NCBI GenBank assembly: GCA_964531785.1
Contig: CAZHFF010000001.1
Span: 165,997 to 229,996 of the forward strand
From: an uncultured Candidatus Saccharibacteria bacterium
GTDB lineage: Bacteria; Patescibacteriota; Minisyncoccia; Phycocordibacterales; UBA12088
DNA length: 64,000 nt
Reading direction: 5' to 3'
Translations under genes and position numbers: made by a program
Notes under the pieces: model-generated
Told to the model about the DNA's origin: nothing
The model's database searches: none
What the model saw: only the letters and a program-made list of their open reading frames with translations
Shown: positions 1-9,826 of the stretch, piece after piece
Layout: every line of letters begins with the position of its first letter
Position numbering within the stretch: the stretch's first letter is position 1

Positions 1-132
1 ACCGAGAATTACCTCAGGAATCAGATCGCAAGCAGTCCGACCAATTACGCGGGCTCGGTATTCGAGCTCGACAGCATCCTCGGTGCGTTCGCACAGCTCT
101 TCCGAAGCGCACAGCTCAAGGATATGCGGTAG
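1..132 (+). CDS. partial CDS, last 43 codons of an upstream gene, product unknown
   Basis: Open frame from the window edge to TAG at 130-132. Third-codon positions are mostly G/C, as in neighbouring genes. No family recognised. Confidence 0.35.
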   Translation, partial: TENYLRNQIASSPTNYAGSVFELDSILGAFAQLFRSAQLKDMR

Positions 133-165
133 GCGTGAGTGCGTTTCCTCTGGTACGATGGAAGT

Positions 166-693
166 ATGGGTTATGTGTTGTCACAGACGTTCTTTAGCGC
201 GGATGCGCCGCTCGTCGCCGAGCGGCTCTTGGGCATGGTCCTGGTACGCAAGAGACAAAACGGCGAAACACGCTGTCGTATCACCGAGACCGAGGCGTAC
301 GACGGCCCGCACGACCTTGCGTGCCACGCCTCAAGGGGTAAGACCAAACGGAACGAGGTGATGTTCGGGCCCGCAGGTTATTGGTACGTCTACCGGTGCT
401 ACGGGATACACCTGATGCTCAACATCGTGACCGGTCCCGAGGGGTACCCGGCGGCGGTACTCATTCGAGGGGTGGAAGGGCAGAGTGGTCCGGGACGATT
501 GACCAGATCGCTCAATATTCTCCAGCAGCACAACGGTTCACGGGCGGCGCATGAGACCGGGCTTTGGATCGAGCGCGGCGTGCGTCCGACGGGTGCGTTC
601 GTTCAGCGCATGCCGCGCGTCGGTGTCGCGTACGCAAAAGAATGGGCAGAAAAGCCTTGGCGTTACGTGCTCCGGTCGGGCAGTGTCCTATGA
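166..693 (+). CDS. mpg: DNA-3-methyladenine glycosylase (AAG/Mpg family)
   Basis: ORF 139..693 carries the motifs ETEAY, GPAGYWYVYRCYGIH and LIRG typical of the Mpg family. Start moved to ATG 166 because TGGTACGAT (151-159) lies 6 nt upstream. Confidence 0.85.
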   Translation: MGYVLSQTFFSADAPLVAERLLGMVLVRKRQNGETRCRITETEAYDGPHDLACHASRGKTKRNEVMFGPAGYWYVYRCYGIHLMLNIVTGPEGYPAAVLIRGVEGQSGPGRLTRSLNILQQHNGSRAAHETGLWIERGVRPTGAFVQRMPRVGVAYAKEWAEKPWRYVLRSGSVL

Positions 694-1241
694 AACGCAC
701 CAGCTGGCTTATTCTCGGTTCCGTGTCGCTCACGCTGATGACGATCGGAAGCACGGTGCTGTGGCAGGAGCGGCCACGGCAACGGTATTATGATGATGTG
801 GCCGTCATACAAGTTCCGGAGTTTCTGACCATCAGCATCGGGGAAACCACGGTCCGTGCAGAGCTCGCAGACACGACCTCGAAGCGCGCACAAGGTCTCT
901 CGGGAAGGTCGCACCTCGCCTCGGGCGAAGGTATGCTGTTCGTGTTCGAACAACCTGGCATGTACGGTTTTTGGATGCCTGACATGTACTTTGCCCTCGA
1001 TATGATATGGCTTGACCACGACCTGGTGGTCATTTCAGTGACGGAGAATGCGACCCCTGAATCGTATCCCACCCAGTTCTACCCTGCGCGACCTGCTCAG
1101 TTCGTACTCGAGGTGCCGGCGTTCTTCGCGGCAGAGCATAGTATCGTTCCTGGCCTTCAAGCGGAGCTCACTGACCTTCCGGAAGGGGGGGTGAGCGCGG
1201 TGAAAGCCTTGCCTACATACTCAGAATGTTGTATACTGTAA
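690..1241 (+). CDS. DUF192 domain protein with N-terminal membrane anchor
   Basis: Contains GMLFVF..FWMPDMYFALDMIWLD..QFVLEVPAFF, matching the DUF192 pattern. ATG 690 overlaps the mpg stop (ATGA). The N-terminal hydrophobic segment is MKRTSWLILGSVSLTLM. Confidence 0.8.
   Translation: MKRTSWLILGSVSLTLMTIGSTVLWQERPRQRYYDDVAVIQVPEFLTISIGETTVRAELADTTSKRAQGLSGRSHLASGEGMLFVFEQPGMYGFWMPDMYFALDMIWLDHDLVVISVTENATPESYPTQFYPARPAQFVLEVPAFFAAEHSIVPGLQAELTDLPEGGVSAVKALPTYSECCIL
1209..1237 (+). promoter_or_regulatory. promoter-like TTGCCT-17-TATACT upstream of RNase P RNA
   Basis: The -35 is at 1209-1214 and the -10 at 1232-1237, 17 nt apart. The predicted start about 7 nt downstream coincides with the 5' strand of the P1 helix. 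Confidence 0.45.
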
Positions 1242-1242
1242 G

Positions 1243-1697
1243 CTAGGTGTCGGACGGTCGCGCCCTTCCTGGTAGGGAGGGTGAGGAAAGTCCGAACATA
1301 CGCACGGCAACGTGCAGCAGGGTAGCGGGTAACGCCCGCCGCAGGTAACTGTAGAGGTGCGAGCAGTGACGTCGGACCCGAGAGGGAATGAGCTCCGTCT
1401 CACAAGAGTGGAGTAATGCCACGGTAACGTGGACGCAGGCCTGATCGGCCATGCGTAGGCAGCTCGTTCGAGGTGCCTCAGTGAAACGGCAAAATCCTTA
1501 CCTGTATGCAAGGCCGTACCGCGCATATCGTGCTCTGCACGATATGCGCGGGGTGCCGCTCGAGGTCGGTGGTAACACAGACCCCAGACACATGACCGTC
1601 GCCCAGCCGTAGTTTTGTGCATCTATCGACAGTATGCCCTGTGCGATGGTGGTCAGAACTACGGCTGGGTACAGAATTCGGCTTACAGACACCTACG
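1243..1697 (+). ncRNA. rnpB: RNase P RNA, bacterial type A
   Basis: GAGGAAAGTCCG at 1283-1294 (CR-I), GGTAACGCCCGCC, and ACAGAATTCGGCTTAC near 1670-1686 (CR-V). P1 pairs TAGGTGTC 1244-1251 with GACACCTA 1688-1695. Confidence 0.85.
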
Positions 1698-1736
1698 CCA
1701 CACACCACGGAGCACAACGCTCCGTGGTGTGTGGCG
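1696..1736. terminator. 18-bp perfect hairpin between convergent rnpB and acyltransferase gene
   Basis: 1696-1713 pairs with 1719-1736, with loop ACAAC. Likely a bidirectional terminator. Confidence 0.6.
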
Positions 1737-1739
1737 TTA

Positions 1740-2831
1740 TCACGCATGTTGCCGATCGAGCAGTCTTTTTACACCGTGGGTCAGCTGCTGGTAGAGGTAT
1801 GCGCCAAGGAATCCGCTTGCGAGACTTATAACGACCGAGAATAGGACGAGGATCACGAGTGCGGGAGCGGCACTCTGCGGAAGCAGGGGGGCGATGGCCG
1901 GTATAAGGTATGCCATGATCGGGTAGTGTAGTAGGAAGATCCAAAGGCTCATCGCCCCGGTATAAGCGAGCCACTGCTCGATTACGGGCGCCAGGTACCC
2001 CTTGAGGTACAACAGGTAGAGCACCATGAAGAGCCCGATCCCGTAGTAGGGACGCATGTTGTAGTACGCGCCGGGGAACAGCGCATAGCCCGCGAAAAAG
2101 AGTACCACGAGCGCTCCGTAGGGAAGTATGCGCTGGGAGGTCTGACCGCGTCGCACGTACTCGCTCATGTACACGCCCCAGACAAAGAAACCTACGAAGC
2201 GGAACGCGAGCGGTATTTCGAATACGTACCAGTAGGGCAAGAGCTGTGCGCCGACGGAGAACAGGAGGGAAGCGTAGACGAACCATCGTTTCCGTGCGAC
2301 TCGTGCGAGCAAAGGGTACAGCAGGTAGAGCTGCGCGAGTATCACCAGGAAGTAGAACGGCACTGAAAGGCTGCCGGTGTAGAAGCCATGCCACACTTCT
2401 AAAGGTGAAAGGCGATAGAGGTACCCAAGGACGACGACGACCAGCGCGTACGGCACAAAGATCGTCACCAGGCGATCGCGGTAGAAACTGAGCAGCTGCT
2501 GTGCGCCGCTTCCGGGTGGGGTGAGGAGTATGCCTGAAAGCATGAAAAAGAATGGCAGTGCGAATCGCATGCTCGCGTCGAGCATATCAAGGAACGGATG
2601 GATCGAAGCCGCACTGCTTGGCCAGAGATCAGTGACGTGGATCACGATGACCGCCAAGATCGCGATCCCCTTGAGTGCATCAAAGAGCAGGATGCGCCCA
2701 GACCCGTTCGTTCTGAGCAGACGGCCGTCCGCGTGCTCATAGGGAGGCACCAGTGCTTGGGCGAGTGGCGGAAGCAGGAACACGATAGCGGTGAGGAGGA
2801 GTAGGTGGAACTGTTCAGCGAACGCTTCCAT
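1740..2831 (-). CDS. acyltransferase family 3 (OafA-like) integral membrane protein
   Basis: 363-aa polytopic membrane ORF. The N-terminal FDALKGIAILAVIVIHV motif is typical of Acyltransferase_3. Confidence 0.8.
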   Translation of the reverse strand: MEAFAEQFHLLLLTAIVFLLPPLAQALVPPYEHADGRLLRTNGSGRILLFDALKGIAILAVIVIHVTDLWPSSAASIHPFLDMLDASMRFALPFFFMLSGILLTPPGSGAQQLLSFYRDRLVTIFVPYALVVVVLGYLYRLSPLEVWHGFYTGSLSVPFYFLVILAQLYLLYPLLARVARKRWFVYASLLFSVGAQLLPYWYVFEIPLAFRFVGFFVWGVYMSEYVRRGQTSQRILPYGALVVLFFAGYALFPGAYYNMRPYYGIGLFMVLYLLYLKGYLAPVIEQWLAYTGAMSLWIFLLHYPIMAYLIPAIAPLLPQSAAPALVILVLFSVVISLASGFLGAYLYQQLTHGVKRLLDRQHA

Positions 2832-2865
2832 GGCAGCTACTATAACATGCCATAGTACCTAAGAG

Positions 2866-2901
2866 CACAACGAACGGCCGGTTTCCCGGCCGTTCGTTGT
2901 G
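2866..2901 (-). terminator. 16-bp perfect hairpin downstream of rpsA
   Basis: CACAACGAACGGCCGG tttc CCGGCCGTTCGTTGTG, starting 15 nt after the rpsA stop. Confidence 0.6.
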
Positions 2902-2915
2902 CGTGGATGTGTCGC

Positions 2916-4073
2916 TTACTTACCTTGTGCGTGTTTGAACGAGAGCGTCATGCGATGCTGGTCTGGTTCGAACAGGGTGATCTTGAAGTGGTACGCTTTG
3001 CCGAGCTCAAGTGTCTTGCGCAACTCCTCAGGACCCGCGAACTCACTTATGTGTACCAGCCCGGCGACCCCTTCTTCGATCGAGGCGAGCGCCCCGTGCT
3101 TGTTGTACTTGATGATGACCGCGTTCACGATCTGGTCCTTGGCATACTTCTCCTTGGCCGTATTCCACGGATCTGCCTTGAGTGCCTTAATAGAGAGCGA
3201 AACCTTGCCGTCTTTCACCTCTATGACCTTTACCTCGACCTTGTCTCCGATATGGTAGAGGTTCTTCGGGTCCTCAACGAGGCCCCAGTCGAGCTCGGAA
3301 ATATGGACAAGTCCCTCGAGTCCCTCTTCGATCTTCACGAAGACACCGAAATCGACAGCACCGGTCACCTCGCCCTGGAGTACATCGCCAACCTTGAAGC
3401 GTTCACCGACCTGCCCCTTCTCTTCTTGAGGACCCTTTTCCGAGAAGATGAGCTTCCCTTCGACCGGGTCGGCAGTAATGATCGTGACCGAGAGCTTCTC
3501 GCCCACGAGCTTGCGGAGTTCGTCCAGGATCTTCGTCTTATCCCCGTCCTCGACGCGCGGGTAGTGCTCGGGTTTGAGCTGGCTTGCCGGAAGGAAGCCC
3601 GTTATGCCCTGCCATTCGAACATGAGCCCTCCCTTGTTCGCTTCCTTGACCGGAAGATCGAACACGGTCTTTGCTGCCACGGCAGCCTCTGCGTCCGACC
3701 AGATGAGCGCCTGTCGTGCTTCCATGAGCGAAAGCTCGACATAACCGTCCTTGTTGTTGCTTGCGACGACCTTGGCGGCTATGGTGTCGCCGACCTTAAC
3801 CCGGCGCATGATGTCCGCAGCGGTCAGATACTCACGGCCGTAGATGAGGCCGGTACCGAACGGATGGAGCTCGACGAACACCTTACCCTTGCCGACCGCG
3901 ATGACCGGTCCTTCCACCAGGTCGCCCTCAGTGGGCGGGGTAGGGCTCAGTTCAATAATGCCGCTCATTGGGCTCACGGGCTGTGCATCTGACATCTCGT
4001 TCTCCTCGACAATATCCTCTGCGTCGAGGGCTACCGTCTTGGTCCCTGCTTCTGTGGTGGGTGTGGTTACCAT
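2916..4073 (-). CDS. rpsA: 30S ribosomal protein S1
   Basis: Repeated S1 (OB-fold) domains, e.g. GDVLQGEVTGAVDFGVFVKI and VNAVIIKYNKHGALASI. The ORF extends to 4112; the start is ambiguous between 4073 and 4112. Confidence 0.9.
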   Translation of the reverse strand: MVTTPTTEAGTKTVALDAEDIVEENEMSDAQPVSPMSGIIELSPTPPTEGDLVEGPVIAVGKGKVFVELHPFGTGLIYGREYLTAADIMRRVKVGDTIAAKVVASNNKDGYVELSLMEARQALIWSDAEAAVAAKTVFDLPVKEANKGGLMFEWQGITGFLPASQLKPEHYPRVEDGDKTKILDELRKLVGEKLSVTIITADPVEGKLIFSEKGPQEEKGQVGERFKVGDVLQGEVTGAVDFGVFVKIEEGLEGLVHISELDWGLVEDPKNLYHIGDKVEVKVIEVKDGKVSLSIKALKADPWNTAKEKYAKDQIVNAVIIKYNKHGALASIEEGVAGLVHISEFAGPEELRKTLELGKAYHFKITLFEPDQHRMTLSFKHAQGK

Positions 4074-4279
4074 ATGTATACGAAAAAAGGCCAGGGGTCT
4101 GGGGACAAACATCCGTTACGGTCGCTTCCCAGGGTTACCCAAGCGTATCCTTTGCAGGATCTGCTGATAATACAGGGCACTATACCTTCTTGCGGAAGGG
4201 CTGTAAAGGCCAGGTTTGCGTCCGGATGTACGAACGTACAAAGCTTCACCAAGCTCGCGATCTGGGGTATACTGGCTAC

Positions 4280-4909
4280 ATGATCATCACATACCACGGG
4301 GCGGGTATGCTCAAGGTGTCGTTCGGGGACACGGTGCTCGCAGTGAATCCTGTCGCTAAAGAATCAAAGCAAAAAGCGGTCCGGTTCGGCGCGGACATCG
4401 CGCTGATCTCGCTCGAAGATCCGGACCATAACGGCGCGGACCAGGTCGCCCATGGCGAACGCGAACCGTTCGTGGCGCGGGGTCCCGGCGAGTACGAGGT
4501 CAAGGACGTGCTCATCAAGGGCTACCCGACCGTATCGAATTATGGCGGCGTTGAGCGTATCAATACTGTGTACCTGGTGAAGCTCGAGGGTATGCTGCTC
4601 CTCTTTCTCGGTGCGCTCGGCACTAAGGAGCTGCCGAGCAATCTCAAGGAGGAGCTGGACGCGATCGACGTGCTGTTCGTGCCGATCGGTGGCCAAGGGG
4701 TGCTCGAAGCCGATACCGCTCACGAGCTCGCCGTGTCGATCGAACCGCGCATCGTCATACCTACCCACTGGGCAGGTGTTGGAATAAAGGATGCACTGAA
4801 GCAGTTCCTCGAAGAAGAAGCGAAAGCGGTACAGCCTATCGATAAACTGACCCTGAAGCGCAAGGATCTTGACGATAAGCAGGGAGATGTGGTTATTCTT
4901 GGCGCGTAG
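4280..4909 (+). CDS. MBL-fold metal-dependent hydrolase (UPF0173-like)
   Basis: MIITYHGAGMLKVSFGD..DPDHNG..VIPTHW pattern. ATG 4280 lies 6 nt after TATACT 4268-4273. The upstream part of ORF 3968.. is antisense to rpsA. Confidence 0.75.
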   Translation: MIITYHGAGMLKVSFGDTVLAVNPVAKESKQKAVRFGADIALISLEDPDHNGADQVAHGEREPFVARGPGEYEVKDVLIKGYPTVSNYGGVERINTVYLVKLEGMLLLFLGALGTKELPSNLKEELDAIDVLFVPIGGQGVLEADTAHELAVSIEPRIVIPTHWAGVGIKDALKQFLEEEAKAVQPIDKLTLKRKDLDDKQGDVVILGA

Positions 4910-4925
4910 GACTGCTGGCCTTTCT

Positions 4926-5378
4926 ATGTTCGATTACTTGGAGCGTTTGAAGCGATTGCCTCGCCACCAGCGGAAGACCTTTGCGCTCATGACCTCGTTC
5001 ATCGTGACCGGTATCATCGTACTGATCTGGGTCTCGGTCTTGATCCTGGGCGATGGGCTCGGTCACTACCGATTCGATATGGATAGCACCGCAGTGCCGC
5101 CGCTCCAGTCTACTGAACAGGGTTGGCAGAACCTGCATCGGCAGTCACGGCAAACGGAGGAGGGAACGAGCTGGGAAGCGTGGATCGCCGAGCAAGACCT
5201 GCGTATGAGCACCACGAGCGCGCCCGGGGTTGTTCCTGCCACAGCAAGCCCCGACTGGTACGGCGCTGGTGTGGACGAATCAATGGTTCCAGGGAGTCAG
5301 GCGTCCGATGTGGGAAATCCGCAGGAATCGAGTGGAGATCCGTTCGATCCGACCCGTTTGACAGACCCGGAGCTCTAG
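4926..5378 (+). CDS. hypothetical single-pass membrane protein with acidic C-terminal tail
   Basis: ORF 4869..5378. ATG 4926 is the first start after the upstream stop. One TM segment (FALMTSFIVTGIIVLIWVSVLIL). Confidence 0.5.
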   Translation: MFDYLERLKRLPRHQRKTFALMTSFIVTGIIVLIWVSVLILGDGLGHYRFDMDSTAVPPLQSTEQGWQNLHRQSRQTEEGTSWEAWIAEQDLRMSTTSAPGVVPATASPDWYGAGVDESMVPGSQASDVGNPQESSGDPFDPTRLTDPEL

Positions 5379-5443
5379 CATCGCTCGTACGGTGAGGTTC
5401 CTGCTGTTCCACGCGGCCTCCTCATGGTACACTGCTTGTCACT

Positions 5444-7921
5444 ATGGCAAAGAAACCAGTCAGCAAGGACGATGCTCCTCTGGGAGTACCCTCGCCACTC
5501 CGCGTCATCAGCCGGCCTATCAGTAAAGAAATGCGTGAGTCCTACCTCGCGTATGCGATGTCGGTGATCACCTCCCGCGCCCTTCCGGATGTGCGTGATG
5601 GTCTCAAACCAGTCCACCGCAGGATCCTGTTCACGATGCATAAGATGGGTTTGACGAGCTCTGCGAAGTTCAGAAAATCCGCCGCGGTCGTTGGTGACGT
5701 GCTCGGAAAGTACCACCCACACGGTGATACCGCCGTCTACGACGCGCTCGTAAAAATGGCCCAAGAGTTCACCATGCGGTACCCGCTCATCCTCGGCCAG
5801 GGTAACTTCGGCTCGATCGACGGCGACTCGGCGGCTGCCATGCGGTACACCGAAGCAAAAATGACCAAGTTGTCGAGCGAGCTTCTCAAAGATATCGACA
5901 AGGAGACCGTCCTGTGGCGTCCGAACTACGATGGTACCCAGAAAGAGCCCGAGGTACTGCCTGCCGCAGTGCCGAACCTCCTGCTAAATGGGACGCTTGG
6001 CATCGCGGTCGGTATGGCGACATCCATCCCGCCGCACAACCTAGGCGAGCTTATCGATGCGACCACCTGCCTCATTGATGACCCCGACGCGTCAAACGAG
6101 GACCTGTTCAAGTACGTGAAAGCGCCCGATTTTCCAACAGGGGCGATCGTCTTCAATCAAAAGGAGATCCAGCGTGCGTACGCTGCCGGCAAGGGACCGA
6201 TGGTGGTCCGAGGGGAAGCCGAGATCGTCGAGGACAAGAGGGGACAGTTCGCTATCATCATCACCTCACTGCCGTACCGGGTCAACAAAGCAGATCTCAT
6301 CACGAAAATAGCCGATCTGGTACATCAAAAGAAGCTCGAGGGCGTGCGCGATCTTCGCGATGAGTCCACCCGTGACATACGTGTCGTGGTCGAGTTGAAG
6401 AGCGGGGCACAGCCGCAAAAGGTCCTCAACTATCTCTATAAGCACACGCAGCTCGAGGATACGTTCCATCTCAACATGGTGGCGCTCGTTGACGGGGTGC
6501 CACAGACGCTCTCGCTCAAGGGTGTGCTCGAAGAGTTCGTGGCGCACCGGAAGCTCGTGGTGCGGAGAAGGTGCGAGTTCGACCTTCGCAAGGCTGAGGA
6601 TCGGGAGCATATCCTGCTCGGTTTGAAAAAAGCACTCGACCATATCGATGAGATCATACGGCTCATTAAACAATCGAAGGACGTTCCCACGGCCCACGCG
6701 GGCCTCATGAAGAAGTTCGGCTTCTCTGAGCGCCAGGCGACGGCGATCTTGGAGATGCGCCTCCAAAAGCTCGCTGGTCTCGAGCGTAAGAAGATCGAGG
6801 ACGAGCTCCGTGAGGTCCAGGCGCTGATCAAGTGGCTCAAGAGTTTGCTCAAGGACGAGAAAAAGATGGCAGCGCTCATCAAAGAAGAGCTCAAGGCCGT
6901 GCGCGATACGTATGGGGATGAACGACGTACGAAGGTCGTGCGTGGCGGTGTTCAGAACTTGTCGGTCGAAGATCTCATTCCCGAGGAAGAGAGTGTGCTG
7001 GTCATCACCAAGGGAGGGTATATCAAACGCACCAATCCGGATGAGTACAAACGCCAGAAGCGTGGCGGTGTGGGTGTGATCGACCTCAATACCAAAGAAG
7101 AGGACTTCGTGACCTTGTTCCTGACCGCGAGTACCCATGACGACCTACTGTTCTTTACGAACAAGGGGAAGGCGTATCAGATCAAGATGTACGACGTGCC
7201 TGAGGGGAAACGGGCGACAAAAGGAAAGAGCATCATGAACTTCTTGCCCCTTGGAGAGGGTGAGGCGGTGACCTCGGTCGTCGCGATGACCAAGGAGGTG
7301 CAGTCGGGCGAGGGTTCGCTCATCATGGTGACCAGGGCGGGTGTTGCAAAAAAGACCAAAGCTCGTGATTTCCATGATGTTCGACGCTCAGGCATCATTG
7401 CGATCAAGCTCGCGCCGGGCGACGAGCTCATTCAGGCGAGCTTTGTTGACAAGGGCGATACCATATTGCTCTCGACTAAGCGAGGGCAGTCGATACGTTT
7501 CGCGGAAAAGGATATCCGTGAAATGGGACGTGCGGCGGTCGGTGTGCGCGCGATCAAGCTCGCAAGTTCCGATATCGTGGTGGGTGCAGACGTGGCACGG
7601 GCGGCACGCAAGGAGAAAGAGCTCGCACTCCTTGTCATTTCCGAGAACGGCTTCGGCAAACAGACCGGTCTTGCGGAGTACAAGCTCCAGAAGAGGGGTG
7701 GATCTGGTATCCGCTGCGCGGGTGTCACCGCCAAGACAGGCACGCTCATGGCATCACGGATACTTGACGCCAGCGTAGAAGAACTGGTGGTCATTTCGAA
7801 GCGCGGCCAGGTGATACGTATCAATGTGGCTGACATACCGGTGCTCGGTAGGAGCGCGCAGGGGGTCCGCATCATGAAGCTCCGCGCAGGCGACACGATC
7901 GCCGCGCTCATCTGTCTCTAG
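5444..7921 (+). CDS. gyrA: DNA gyrase subunit A
   Basis: 825 aa. N-terminal [25 protein letters not shown] motif with the catalytic Tyr region (AAMRYTE), followed by C-terminal beta-pinwheel repeats. Confidence 0.97.
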   Translation: MAKKPVSKDDAPLGVPSPLRVISRPISKEMRESYLAYAMSVITSRALPDVRDGLKPVHRRILFTMHKMGLTSSAKFRKSAAVVGDVLGKYHPHGDTAVYDALVKMAQEFTMRYPLILGQGNFGSIDGDSAAAMRYTEAKMTKLSSELLKDIDKETVLWRPNYDGTQKEPEVLPAAVPNLLLNGTLGIAVGMATSIPPHNLGELIDATTCLIDDPDASNEDLFKYVKAPDFPTGAIVFNQKEIQRAYAAGKGPMVVRGEAEIVEDKRGQFAIIITSLPYRVNKADLITKIADLVHQKKLEGVRDLRDESTRDIRVVVELKSGAQPQKVLNYLYKHTQLEDTFHLNMVALVDGVPQTLSLKGVLEEFVAHRKLVVRRRCEFDLRKAEDREHILLGLKKALDHIDEIIRLIKQSKDVPTAHAGLMKKFGFSERQATAILEMRLQKLAGLERKKIEDELREVQALIKWLKSLLKDEKKMAALIKEELKAVRDTYGDERRTKVVRGGVQNLSVEDLIPEEESVLVITKGGYIKRTNPDEYKRQKRGGVGVIDLNTKEEDFVTLFLTASTHDDLLFFTNKGKAYQIKMYDVPEGKRATKGKSIMNFLPLGEGEAVTSVVAMTKEVQSGEGSLIMVTRAGVAKKTKARDFHDVRRSGIIAIKLAPGDELIQASFVDKGDTILLSTKRGQSIRFAEKDIREMGRAAVGVRAIKLASSDIVVGADVARAARKEKELALLVISENGFGKQTGLAEYKLQKRGGSGIRCAGVTAKTGTLMASRILDASVEELVVISKRGQVIRINVADIPVLGRSAQGVRIMKLRAGDTIAALICL

Positions 7922-7982
7922 GCAGCGGTCACATGTGTGTATATCGCGGTGTGTTGCACTGCTCGTTTGCTATACTGTGAGC

Positions 7983-8510
7983 ATGTCATTTGCTGACCCG
8001 GAGCGTGTCGTGGAGCAGCTTCTCCTTACCGAGGGCATGACGGTCGCTGACTTCGGCGCAGGCGCAGGGTTCCTGGCGGTGAGAGCGGCCGAGCGGGTAG
8101 GCAAGAGCGGGAAGGTGTTCGTGGTCGACATTCAAAAGGAGCTTCTGACCAAGGCAACAAACCTCGCTAAGCAGCACCACCTGGATACGTTGGTGTTCGT
8201 CCACGCGGACCTCGAGAGCGAGGCGGGGACCGGGCTACAGGGAGCCTCCCTTGACGTCGTGATCGTGTCGAACCTGCTGTTCCAGGTAGAGCACCCAGAC
8301 CGTGTCATCAAGGAAGCCTTTCGTATCCTGCAGAAGGGCGGACGAATGCTGGTCGTCGACTGGCGTGGATCGTTCAGCAGTATGGGCCCGGAGCCACAAC
8401 ACGTATTCCCGGAGGACGAGACGAAAGCGATGGCTCTCGCCGCAGGCTTCTCGTTCCTGAACGACATTGACGCCGGGAGCTACCATTATGGGCTAGTCTT
8501 TCGGAAGTAA
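7983..8510 (+). CDS. class I SAM-dependent methyltransferase
   Basis: VADFGAGAGF (motif I) and an RMLVVDW-type fold. ATG 7983 lies 6 nt after TGcTATACT 7968-7976. Confidence 0.8.
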   Translation: MSFADPERVVEQLLLTEGMTVADFGAGAGFLAVRAAERVGKSGKVFVVDIQKELLTKATNLAKQHHLDTLVFVHADLESEAGTGLQGASLDVVIVSNLLFQVEHPDRVIKEAFRILQKGGRMLVVDWRGSFSSMGPEPQHVFPEDETKAMALAAGFSFLNDIDAGSYHYGLVFRK

Positions 8511-9820
8511 TGGATACCACATCGAACATTTTCCAGCTCGTCCTTCTCGGTGGTTTTGCCGTACTTGCGGTCATTGGTCTCATCGTCTTTGCCACACTGA
8601 AGGGTGATGAAGAAAAGGTCCTGGTCACGCCGCTCGTGGTCTGGGGCAGCTACCCGAGCGCGTACATGAACCGCGCGCTCTCGACGCTTGACCGGCAGAT
8701 GGGCGGTCTCAACAAGGTGACGTATGTTGAGCGGCCACCTGAGCGGCTCTATGGGGAGCTGATCGAGGCACTCGCGTCTGGGACCGGGCCCGACCTTGTC
8801 ATCATCGACGACGACCGTATGGTGCCGTTCCTCAACAAGGTCTACAACATTCCCTACGAGCGCTACTCAGAACGGTTGTTCCGAGACACGTTCATCGAGG
8901 GCGGGGAGGTGTTCGCGCTTCCGAACGCGATCTACGCGCTCCCGTTCTCTGTCGATCCGCTGGTGCTGTACTGGAACCGGAGCATGTTCTCGTCCGCAGG
9001 CATCACGCAGGTGCCGAAGACCTGGGAGGAAGTCGTGAGCGTGGTTCCACGGCTTTCCCGGATCGATCAGGGCACGACGCTCATGCAGGGTGCCATTGCG
9101 CTCGGCGTCTACGATAACGTGCTCCATGCAAAGGACATTTTGAGCGTGCTCATGATGCAGGCGGGCGCGAGGATCGCGTACCATGATGGAAAAGGGCTCA
9201 GGTCCGGGTTGAACGAGGGTGCGGGGGGTGCCCTGCGCCCGGCGGAAGCAGCCATACGATTCTTCTCTGACTTCAGCGACCCTAAGAAGGTCGTCTACTC
9301 GTGGAACCACAGCTTTGAGCGTTCGCGGGAGGCGTTCATGGCAGGGAAGGTGGCGATGTACATCGGTTTCGTGAGCGAAGCGGAGACGATGCGGCGCATC
9401 AACCCGAACCTCAATTTTGACGTTGCGCTCCTTCCCCAGTCCAAGGCACGCGGCAATCCGAAGACATATGGCCATTTTCAGGGTCTTGCGGTCATGCGCA
9501 GCAGTCGAGACCCGATTCGTGCATTTACGGTCGCTCAGCGCCTCACGAGCGCACAGGCGATGGCTGAGTTCCAGGAAGCGATCGGTTTGCCGCCCGTGCG
9601 TCGTGACCTCCTTGCACGTCGTCCGAGCGATGCAGCTGGCATCGTTGCCTATGACTCGGCGATCATTGCGCACAGCTGGCTTGAGCCCAACAGCGCTGCG
9701 GTCGATGCCATGTTCAGCCGCATGATCGGCGAAGTCATATCGGGCAGGAAGAGTCTTACCGAGGCATTGAGTACCGCCCATAACGAGCTTAACACGCTCC
9801 TCCCCAACGAGGTGAAGTAA
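8510..9820 (+). CDS. extracellular solute-binding protein (ABC-type, family 1) with N-terminal TM anchor
   Basis: 436 aa with SBP_bac_1-like features (GTGPDLVIIDDD, YALPFSVDPLVLYWN). The start overlaps the methyltransferase stop (TAATG). Confidence 0.75.
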   Translation: MDTTSNIFQLVLLGGFAVLAVIGLIVFATLKGDEEKVLVTPLVVWGSYPSAYMNRALSTLDRQMGGLNKVTYVERPPERLYGELIEALASGTGPDLVIIDDDRMVPFLNKVYNIPYERYSERLFRDTFIEGGEVFALPNAIYALPFSVDPLVLYWNRSMFSSAGITQVPKTWEEVVSVVPRLSRIDQGTTLMQGAIALGVYDNVLHAKDILSVLMMQAGARIAYHDGKGLRSGLNEGAGGALRPAEAAIRFFSDFSDPKKVVYSWNHSFERSREAFMAGKVAMYIGFVSEAETMRRINPNLNFDVALLPQSKARGNPKTYGHFQGLAVMRSSRDPIRAFTVAQRLTSAQAMAEFQEAIGLPPVRRDLLARRPSDAAGIVAYDSAIIAHSWLEPNSAAVDAMFSRMIGEVISGRKSLTEALSTAHNELNTLLPNEVK

Positions 9821-9826
9821 CTGGTC

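Noticed and set aside
2907-3992. 361-aa ORF antisense to rpsA. Similar long antisense ORFs lie opposite gyrA (6266-7138), clpB (18120-18893, 19005-19502), hsdR (46467-47339), hsdM (49475-50224) and the SBP gene (8867-9979).
   Set aside because: Each lies opposite a gene with unmistakable conserved motifs. Their translations are low-complexity and lack any recognisable motif. These are typical shadow ORFs.
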